Assembly (NCBI GenBank): GCA_963749985.1
Contig: CAVVOS010000006.1
Coordinates: forward strand, 429,590 to 493,589
Source of the DNA: an uncultured Acidobacteriaceae bacterium
GTDB taxonomy: Bacteria; Acidobacteriota; Terriglobia; Terriglobales; Acidobacteriaceae
Direction: 5' to 3'
DNA: 64,000 nt
The notes beneath the pieces are model-generated. The model made no database searches. It saw only the letters and a program-made list of their open reading frames with translations, and was not told where the DNA came from. The translations under genes and the position numbers were made by a program. Position 1 is the first letter of the stretch, and the number at the start of each line of letters is the position of its first letter. Shown piece by piece: positions 50,395 to 59,600 of this stretch.

Positions 50395-51974
50395 TCGTGA
50401 CTCGGATCGCGACGTTTATCCCAGCCTTATTGCTGACGCTGCCGCAAGGCGCGGATTACGTCCGCATCCTGCCCGAGATTGTGCTCTCGGTGTTTGGCAT
50501 GATCGTGATGGTGCTCGAACCTCTGATTGACGAGGAAAAGAGTCAGAAGGTTCTGGGGCTGATCGCACTGGTGGGCACTCTGGCGGGACTGGGGGCAACG
50601 TGGTTCATGGCACAGTCTCCGGGTCTGGCCTTCTGGAACATGGTGCAAGTGGACGAGTTCAGCGTTTTCTTCCATGCTCTGGTGATTGCGATTGCTGGCG
50701 TCGTCATCCTGATCTCTTACGAATACATGGCCGTGCAGAGGATCAGGGCTGGAGAATACTATGCGCTGATCCTTTTCGGCGTGGTTGGCATGGCGTTGAT
50801 GTCGTCGGCAATCGAACTGGTTCTGATTTTCATCGCGCTGGAGATTTCCTCGATCTCTTCGTATGTGTTGGCGGGATTCCGGCGGCATGAAGCCGCGAGC
50901 GCCGAATCTTCGCTGAAATACTTTTTGCTGGGTTCCTTCGCCACGGCGTTTTTTCTGTATGGAGTGGCGCTGATGTTTGGCGCCACGGGCTCGACGAATA
51001 TCGACCTGATCAGCCAGACATTACGGTCGGGACCGATTCCATTGCTCGCATTCGTGGCGGTGGCGTTCATGTTTGTGGGCCTGGGATTTAAGGTGGGGGC
51101 GGCTCCATTCCACAGCTGGACGCCGGACGTCTACGAAGGAGCGCCTGCGCCGATTGTGGGCTTGATGTCGACCGCACCGAAGGCAGCGGCGTTTGCAGTC
51201 TTGTTGCGCGTGGTTTTCGTGATCAACGTGCATGCCATCTTCTGGGTCATTTGGGTTGCGGCAGCGCTATCCATGACTTTGGGCAACGTGAGCGCTTTGG
51301 TGCAAAATAATGTGAAGCGCCTGCTGGCTTACTCTTCGATCGCGCACGCGGGCTATCTTCTGGTGGCTTTCGCGGCCGCGCCGGGCATGGGAATCTCTGC
51401 GGCGATGTTCTACACCGCAGCCTACGCAGCGATGAACCTGGGCGCGTTTGCGGTGGTGAGCCATTTCGCCAATGCCGGCGAACGCTACGTGACACTGGAG
51501 GACTACGAAGGCCTGGGCCGGAGTTCTCCACTGCTGGCGGCGACGCTCACCATCTTTCTGCTCTCGCTGATCGGTATCCCGATGACCGGCGGCTTCTTTG
51601 CCAAGTTCTATGTGTTCAGCGCGGCGGTGAAAGCTAATCTGATCTGGCTCACGATCATCGGCGTCCTCAACAGCGGAGTGGGGGCGTACTACTACCTGCG
51701 CATCATTGTGATGATGTACATGCGCGAATCGCGGAAGGAAGTTCCGGTAATGCGCGTCCCCTTTGCGCTTCGGCTGGCGCTGGCAGTCTGCCTGACCGCG
51801 ACCATTTATCTCGGAATATTTCCCAACGGCGTTTTGCAGTATGCGCAGGACTCGGCGCGACAACTCGTTCAGCCGGCGCTGCCCGAAACGTTTTCTACGG
51901 CGCCCGTCTCGGCGCTGCCGAGACATTCCAGAGAGTCAGGGAGGCTTGTGGAAATCGTGCAAACTGGCATTTGA
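50391..51974 (+). CDS. nuoN: NADH-quinone oxidoreductase subunit N
   Basis: ATGA overlap with the nuoM stop. Start MIVTRIATFIP. GFKVGAAPFHSWTPDVYEGAPAPIVGLMSTAPKAAAF. ~45-aa non-membrane C-terminal tail. Confidence 0.94.
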   Translation: MIVTRIATFIPALLLTLPQGADYVRILPEIVLSVFGMIVMVLEPLIDEEKSQKVLGLIALVGTLAGLGATWFMAQSPGLAFWNMVQVDEFSVFFHALVIAIAGVVILISYEYMAVQRIRAGEYYALILFGVVGMALMSSAIELVLIFIALEISSISSYVLAGFRRHEAASAESSLKYFLLGSFATAFFLYGVALMFGATGSTNIDLISQTLRSGPIPLLAFVAVAFMFVGLGFKVGAAPFHSWTPDVYEGAPAPIVGLMSTAPKAAAFAVLLRVVFVINVHAIFWVIWVAAALSMTLGNVSALVQNNVKRLLAYSSIAHAGYLLVAFAAAPGMGISAAMFYTAAYAAMNLGAFAVVSHFANAGERYVTLEDYEGLGRSSPLLAATLTIFLLSLIGIPMTGGFFAKFYVFSAAVKANLIWLTIIGVLNSGVGAYYYLRIIVMMYMRESRKEVPVMRVPFALRLALAVCLTATIYLGIFPNGVLQYAQDSARQLVQPALPETFSTAPVSALPRHSRESGRLVEIVQTGI

Positions 51975-52054
51975 CAAGCGCCTCATGCTGCGGCATGATG
52001 TGTGCTTCAAATGCAAGGCTACCCTCACACAGGGAAGATGTCGACTGGAGGGAA

Positions 52055-52222
52055 ATGATGTCCGAGTTCATTCGTAGAATCTGGTCGGAAGATGCAGGGC
52101 AGGATATTGCCGAATATGCGGTAATGCTGGCGGTGATCCTGGTGCTGGTAGTGGGCACGATACGCCTGATCGGATCCAACTCAAATAATGCCTTTTCCAA
52201 CGTAGCCAGTTCGATACAATAA
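52055..52222 (+). CDS. flp: Flp family type IVb prepilin (second copy)
   Basis: MMSEFIRRIWSEDAG/QDIAEYAVMLAVILVLVVGTIRLIGSNSNNAFSNVASSIQ. The mature part is near-identical in protein to 8227..8388, with many synonymous differences. Confidence 0.88.
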   Translation: MMSEFIRRIWSEDAGQDIAEYAVMLAVILVLVVGTIRLIGSNSNNAFSNVASSIQ

Positions 52223-52449
52223 CCGAGTCGGCTGCGCAAGCAACAATGCGGGATCTTAGCGGGAGCTTTTTTATGACGCGATTTACCTCGTTTACCGGGC
52301 AGTTTCGCTACTACTGGTTTACCAGAGTAGCGGCTGCGGCGGAACTTGCGGGGAGATCGAGTGAGCCATGATCGACTAGATTCAAGCAAGTTTCAGCCGG
52401 GGGCCGCGATTCTAGATCGCGGCCCTTGTTTTTTGGAGAGGAAAGGGCT

Positions 52450-52483
52450 TTCACCACGGAGACACAGAGGCACGGAGAAAATC
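52450..52483. repeat. REP (CACCACRGAGRCACAGAG type)
   Basis: TTCACCACGGAGACACAGAGGCACGGAGAAAATC. Confidence 0.8.
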
Positions 52484-52516
52484 GTAAGAAACACAGACTC
52501 ATTCAGGAGAGAGCCA

Positions 52517-53530
52517 ATGATCGTCAATATGTCCGAGAAGGCAAGCGAACAGGAGATTGCGCACGTAATCGAGCGCATTCGCGAGGCAGGCTACCAGCCG
52601 CACGTCACGCGGGGAGTGGAGCGCACCATCGTGGCTGCCGTGGGGAACGGGCGGCGTCACGAAATCGAGGCGCTGCTGGTGGCGCCCGGGGTGGAGAATG
52701 TGGTCGCGATCGCGCAGCCTTTCAAACTGGTGAGCCGGCAGGTGAAGCCGGAGCGATCCGTGGTGAACGTGGGCGGAGTCTTGATCGGCGGACCGGGAGT
52801 TGTGATCATTGCCGGACCGTGCTCGGTGGAATCTCGGGAACAGTTGTTGAGCACAGCGCATGCCGTGAAGCGGGCGGGGGCCACGATGCTTCGCGGCGGG
52901 GCCTACAAGCCGCGGACTTCTCCTTATGACTTTCAGGGGCTTGGCCTGGAGGCGCTGAAGATTTTGCGCGAAGCTCGGGAACAGTCCGGTCTGCCGGTGG
53001 TGACGGAGGTGATGAGCACGGAAGATGTGGACGTGATTTGCGAGCATGTGGACATGTTGCAGGTAGGGGCGCGGAACATGCAGAACTTCGCGCTGTTGCG
53101 GCGACTGGCAACGGTGAGCAAGCCGGTACTTTTGAAGCGTGGGCCCTCGGCGACGGTGAAGGAGTGGCTGCTCGCAGCGGAGTATTTGCTTTCGGGAGGA
53201 AACTCGCAGGTTGTGCTGTGCGAGCGTGGCATCAAGACATTCGAAACGGAAATGCGCAATACCTTCGATCTGGCGGCGGTGGCGTTGGCCCGCGATCTTT
53301 CTCATCTGCCCGTGATCGCCGATCCGTCGCATGGGACGGGCAAACAAAGTCTGATTGCGGCGGTCTCTCGCGCGGCTGTAGCCGTGGGAGCGGATGGATT
53401 GATCATCGAGGTTCACCCTTGTCCGGAGCGGGCACTTTCCGACGGGGCGCAGTCTCTCGATTTCGCCGGATTCGAGAAGGTGATGAAGGCTATTGCGGAA
53501 CCGCTGCGGCGGGCCGCAATTCCGGTGTGA
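52517..53530 (+). CDS. 3-deoxy-7-phosphoheptulonate (DAHP) synthase, type I-beta with N-terminal ferredoxin-like regulatory domain
   Basis: Start MIVNMSEK with AGGAGA upstream. [15 protein letters not shown]...[20 protein letters not shown]...[12 protein letters not shown]...ADPSHGTG. Confidence 0.92.
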   Translation: MIVNMSEKASEQEIAHVIERIREAGYQPHVTRGVERTIVAAVGNGRRHEIEALLVAPGVENVVAIAQPFKLVSRQVKPERSVVNVGGVLIGGPGVVIIAGPCSVESREQLLSTAHAVKRAGATMLRGGAYKPRTSPYDFQGLGLEALKILREAREQSGLPVVTEVMSTEDVDVICEHVDMLQVGARNMQNFALLRRLATVSKPVLLKRGPSATVKEWLLAAEYLLSGGNSQVVLCERGIKTFETEMRNTFDLAAVALARDLSHLPVIADPSHGTGKQSLIAAVSRAAVAVGADGLIIEVHPCPERALSDGAQSLDFAGFEKVMKAIAEPLRRAAIPV

Positions 53531-53544
53531 GTGGCTGAAGGGCA

Positions 53545-53578
53545 TTCACCACAGAGGCACAGAGACACAGAGAAAACC
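53545..53578. repeat. REP (CACCACRGAGRCACAGAG type)
   Basis: TTCACCACAGAGGCACAGAGACACAGAGAAAACC. Same orientation as 52450..52483. Confidence 0.8.
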
Positions 53579-53644
53579 TCTGGACTCTTCTTTTCTTTTC
53601 TTTCTTCAGTCCTCTTCGTGTCTCGGTAGCGGAACCCTGCCGCA

Positions 53645-56600
53645 TTAGTGCGCCGGAGTTGGGACCGGCGGCTTGATTTGCATGGCAGGGTCGCCGAGCA
53701 GATTGTAGGTTTTGCGGACACCGAGATCGGTGATGCCCGATTTCGCTTTAAGGATCGCATCTCCGAGAGCTGGCTGAGGCGAAGACATTGCGCTTTGCAC
53801 GACTAACTTGTCGAGAAGCGTCTGCGGCGGTGCCTGATTGAGGCCGCTCGAAGATAAGACCGCGACCGCGCCTCCGTTGGGGGCGAGCATGAGCGTGACG
53901 GCCAGAGGCTCGTCGTACACGTCCTGGAAGAAACCGTTGAGGCAATCCATGATGAGGAAGACCGGCAAGGAAGATCCGTTGGTCAACGAATTTGCGGCTG
54001 TGTTGTCGAAGAGATCGTCTCCCGACCATTCCTCTTCGGAGCCGTGTCCCGCATAGTTCACCAGCAGTTGCCCGGAGTTGATAGCCGCCAGGATGTCCTG
54101 CTGGGCTTGAGGTATGGTCATGGTGCTGGCGAAAACATCCGTCACCTGCATGGCAGGGGGCAGTTGCGCCTGCACGATCTGGCTGTCTTTCGTAAAGTTT
54201 TCAGTATCGTTTACGTCCGCCACCATGAGGGCCTGCAAGGTCCAGGGACCGTTCGTGGATTGGCCTTCATAGGTGGCCACTTTGCCGGCCACGAGTTGGG
54301 CTTCGGCAACGGTGCTCACGGGGAAGCGTCCGGTTGCGATTGTGGGCAAGCCACTGTCCTTGAAGTCCGAGAACCAGTCGTCGGAGGCCGTCATGAGCAT
54401 GGTTGTGGGCACGATCTTGGTCGGCACGAAATCGAGGTGGCCGAAACCGAGGTAGTTGCGCGGGTCAAGCGAGGCGCGGCCATTGAGTAACAGGTATCGA
54501 GGCGCGGTATGCCAGACGTTGACCGCGGTCTGCAGGAAGTCGCGGATGGCGAACGGGCTGTGCTGGCCGAAAGTAAACTCATCATACAAGTCGTCGATCA
54601 GTATGACAGCGGTTGATTTGCCTTCTTTCTGGTGCGCGTGAAGTACCGGCACCAGAGCGGCCGCGAAGGCCTCAGGCGTTAGCATGACGATCTCACTGCC
54701 GGGCTGAGGGCTGTGCCATTGCGACGGGTGGTTCTGACGAACTCCCGCCGCGGCAGCGACCCGATCCGCCGCCAAAGCCAGAAGCGTGTGGCGAGCTGGG
54801 GCCGCTTGATTCGAGGTTGACCAGGGTACCTGCACCGCAAGTTCGTACTGACTTGGGTTGGAAGTAGCATCGGATGCGATCTGAGGCGTGAGCGCCACCG
54901 GCTGATCCGGGTTCGTGATATCCAACACGGCAACTGGAGCGGAAGTGAAGCCTGCAACTTTCAGTTCTTCCCCAGGGCGTCCGGTGAAAACCAAGCAGTC
55001 GGAATCCGCCACGTAGGAGTGGGGATAAGTGATCCGGATCGACTGCACCAGACTCGTATCGTATTCTCCATTTTGAGCTGTGAAGGTGACGGTGTTATCT
55101 CCCTCCTGTAATGAGCCAGCCGGGAGAGACATACGGAGCCTGCCCTTGCCTTGCCCTGTGAAGGTGATATCGCCGAGGGTCGCGCCGTTCAGCGCAACAG
55201 TGACATCATGGGGGACGGCGAGGATGATTCCTTGCAGAATCACTTCCAGCTGCGCCGGTTCCGCAGCGGCCGTGGCGAGGTGGGACACTTGCAAGACCTC
55301 ATCGACAGACGTGGTGGAGACGATCGGTCCGAAGAAATTGTTTCCGTTGGAAGTGATGAGCGCGGAGAAGTATGTGGTATGGGGCGTGAGTTCTACGGTG
55401 AAGGGGAAGCTTGCCGGAGGCTGGTTCGATCCGGTTGATGGGGGCAGTTGCTGAATTCGCGCGCCCTGCGATTCGCCCACAGCAAGCCAGTAAACTCTGG
55501 TGCCGGAATACGGAGTGTCGATGGGAGTGCCGTAGAAATTAATCGCAGCCTGAGGTCCGAAACCTCCGGGGCCAGCGGATGCGCCGGTGATTTCCATGGG
55601 CTGTTCGATGGCTTCGGCATAAAGATGGAGCAGAGCGGGGTCCACATTTGGGTTCAATCCGGCTGCGATCAGATCCGGCTGGGTCACTTGGTACCAGCCT
55701 TCTTGCTTCACGAAGATCTTCACTGCGGGATTGGCTGCCAGTTCGAATTGTTTCTGATGTTGGATGAGTGTGGGCGGCGTAGCCTGCAAAACGTTTTCGA
55801 GGGGATGGCTAGCCTCGCTAGAGGCTGAGGCAGGCTGCGCCTGATTCAGTTGATTCAACATCAATGCCGCCGCGGGAGTCGCGTCTCCGGCGGATGGCGA
55901 ACTCGTGGCAGCTTCGGCCGGCACCGGCCCATGCAGGGTGCGAGTGCCGTTGGTATCCACATCTTCGAGCCAGTACGAGCCGCCTGCGCCCGGGGACGAA
56001 TCAATCCAGGAGTAAGTCTTGGCGGAGTGTTTCGGCAAGGTTCCGCGCATCAGCAGGGCCGATCCGGCAATCAGCGAAGGATTCAGTTGGACGCGTTGGC
56101 CGTTCTGCTCACGGTAAACGTTGAATCCGAGATTGTGCGCTTCGCCGCCCGTCTTCCAGAAAAGTACAACGCGGTCGGAGCCGGTCTTGTCTTTGCTGCG
56201 CTGGGCAGCGAGAAACTGGAGGCCGATCTTCGTTGCAGCCGTAATGGTTTCAGTTTGGGTGGAGGAATTATTCGCGAGGTTCGGGTCTGTCTGGTCTGCA
56301 CTCACCGTGGCGGTATTGGAAGCCGAGCCTGGCGCTCCCGCAAGCGTGAGGATCGTGACCGTGGCCGTGGCCGCGTTCGCCATGGTTCCCAACAGGCAGG
56401 TGACAGTACCGCCCGCCTCCGAACAGGTGCCCACCGTGGTGTTTACCGAAAGATAGGTGACATCGGAGGGCAACACGTCCGTGACCGTCACATTCGTCGC
56501 GCTGGCAGGACCGTTATTGGTGACCGCGAGGCTGTAGGTGAGAGTGTCGCCGTCGGATACAGTGGGGCTTGGAGTCGCGGTCTTCACGATCGCCATGTCG

Positions 56601-59600
56601 GCACTATTCGCGTTAGCGACGACAACCATAGCGGTCGCGCTGTTGCTGGTCAGGTTCGGAACGATGTTGGTTGCGGTGGCAGTGGCGGTCTCTGCAATGT
56701 TTGTTCCGGAGGCGGTGCCCGCGTTGACTTGAAGTACCAAGGTAAAGGGCGCGGTGGCATTCACGGCCATGCTGGCATTCGTGCAAGTGATGGTGCCGGC
56801 GGCTCCTACGGCTGGCGTAGTGCATGTCCACCCGGCCGCTGGAGTGATGGACTGGAAGTTGGTATTGGGAGGCGTGGTTTGAGTGAAGCTGGTTGCGGTT
56901 GCCGCCGCGGGGCCGTTGTTGGTCACGCTCTGGGTGTAGGTGACGTTACTGCCTGCCGCGACGGAGGACGGCGCGGCGGTGTTGGTGGTGATTAAGTCGG
57001 CCTGGGTGGCGGTCGCGACCACGTCGTTGGCGGTTGCGGTGTTGTTGCCTGGATTAGGGTCGGTCGTTGCGGAACTTACGGTTGCGATATCGTTGATCGC
57101 CGTGCCCGCCGCGGTTCCCGCGTTAACTTTCACGACCACAGTGAAACTGGCGGTTCCGGCGGCGACGCTGGGGTCGGTGCAGGTGATGCTCCCGGTACCG
57201 CCAACAATGGGCGTGGTGCACGACCATCCGGCAGGATTGACGATGGATTGGAACGTGGTGTTCGGCGGCGTGTTCTGGGTAAAGCTTGCGGTGGTGGCCG
57301 TGCTCGGACCGGCGTTCGTTACGACCTGGGTGTAGGTGATGTTATTGCCGGCGATCACTGGAACCGGGCTAGCCGCATTGGTAACGGACAGATCAGCCGA
57401 GTCCGCCACAATTACACTAGCGGTCGCGGTATTGTTGTTGGGGTTGGGGTCAACCGTGGGAGCAGCACTAACGGAATCTGTGTCGGTGATGGTTGACCCG
57501 GCGGCTGCCGTTGAGCTCACGGCCACCACGAAAGTGAAAGTAGCGCTGGTGTGGGCGGCGAGGCTCGCGATGCTGCAAACGTAAAATGGCGAATTGAAGG
57601 CGCAGGTCCATCCCGCCGGTCCGGTCAGCGAAACATAGGTTGTATTTGCGGGAGGCTGATCAAATAACGCGACCACCGTTCCCCCCGCGGTGGCGGGCCC
57701 GTTGTTGGTCACGACCTGGGTGTAAGTGATGTTCTGGCCGGCGTTCACGGGGTTCGGGCTGGCTGAGTTGGTGACACTCAGATCAGCTTCGGTGGCTGAT
57801 GCCACAGCAATATTAACCGTGGCAGAGTTGTTGTTCTGATTCGTGTCGCGAGTGGTCGTGGTCACGGTGTCGGTATCGGTGATGATGGTTCCCGCCGCAG
57901 TACCTGCATTCACCGTCACGACCACGGTAAAGGTGCTGATCGAACCGGGTGCCACACTTGGATTGGTGCAGCCGGCGGCGAAGGAAGTACAAGTCCATCC
58001 CGGCGGAGGCCCGCTATACGAACTGAAGGTTGTATTGGCGGGAATGGCTTCGTTGAAGGCGACGGTGCTGCAGTTGCTGGGGCCGTTGTTGGTTACAACC
58101 TGCGTATAAGTAATATTGCCGCCGGCGGCGACTGGACTGGGCGTACCGCTGTTGGTCACCGCGAGGTCGCAAGCCGTGGCGACAGTCGTGTTGACGGTTG
58201 TGCTGTTATTGGCCAAGTTAGGATCGCTGGTCGCGGAAGAGACTGACGAATTGGCTGTGATGGTCGCGACGGTCACCGAGGGCGCGACATTGACGACAAC
58301 GATGATGTCAGCCGACGCACCCGCCGCCAAGCTGGGATCGGTACAGATCACGGAAGTCGTCGTCGTGCAAGACCACCCGACCGGGGCCGAAACGGAAACG
58401 AACGTGGTATTGGCGGGAATCGCCTCGGTGAAGGTGGCTGTGGTGGCTGCCGCGGGACCATTGTTCGTCACCGTCTGGGTGTAGGTGATGTCATTGCCTG
58501 CAAAAACCGAGAGGGGAGTAGCCGCCGTGCTCAGTGCAAGATCGGCTTGCCCCGCGGTGGCGACGACATCGGTCGCCACGGCGGAATTGCTGCCGAAAGC
58601 CTGGTTCGTAGCATTGACTGTGGCCAGATCGGTGATGATGGTTCCGCCAGCCGTGCCCGCGTTCACCGTATAGATGGCGGTAAATGTTCCCGTGGAGCCG
58701 GCCGCGACGCTGGGGTTGGAGCAACTCACGGGCGGTGCCGAGCAAGTCCAACCGGCTGCGGCCGCGATCGACACGAACGTCGTATTGGTTGGCGTAGCCT
58801 CCGTAAAGGTGGCGCCCGTAGCCGCGACCGATCCCGTGTTGGTGACCACTTGTGTGTAGGTAATGTGGGTCCCGGCTACGACTGGATTCGGTGACGCGGC
58901 GTTGGTTACCGTCAACTCCGCGCCGGCGGTTGTACCAACCACGGTAGACGCGGAGGCGGTATTGTTGGCCGCGTTGGGATCGCTCACCGACGAACTCACG
59001 GTGGCAGTGCCGGTGATCACCGTGCCGTTTGCGGTTCCTGTATTCACCTTTACGACCATGGAGAAGGTGGCTGCGGTGCTTCCCGGCATGTTCAGGTCGG
59101 TGCAGACTACATTGCCAGTGCCGCCGCTGGGAGGTGCAACGCAAGTCCAGCCCGCGGGGGCGGATACGGAAACGAAGGTCGTGTTCGGCGGGACCGCCTC
59201 GACCAGGGTAGCGTTGTCGGCGGCACTGGGACCGTTATTGGTGACAAGCTGCGTGTAAGTGATGTTGCTGCCTGCAGTGACTGGGTTTGGTGACGCTGCG
59301 TTGGTCACGCTCAGGTCTGCACTGGATACGACGTTGGCTACGTTGGTGGCGGTGTCGTTCGAGAGGTTGACCTCGCCTCCGCCGCTGACGGTGGCCGTGT
59401 TGGTTACGGTCGAAGGAGCGGTCTGGGCGACGTTGGCGTTAATGGTGATCGAGGGATAACTGCTGTTCGCCGCCAACACGGTCGAATCGACACAACTCAC
59501 GGTTTGGGATGCGATCGAGCAAGACCATCCGGTACCGCTGGCACTAGTTGGAATCAGTCCCAGCGGCAAGGTATCGTTGACAGTGACCGTGCCGCTGCTG

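Noticed and set aside
52222-52345. Rho-independent terminator after the second flp gene (GGGAGCTTTTTTAT).
   Set aside because: A T-run is present, but I could not pair a convincing GC stem immediately upstream of it.
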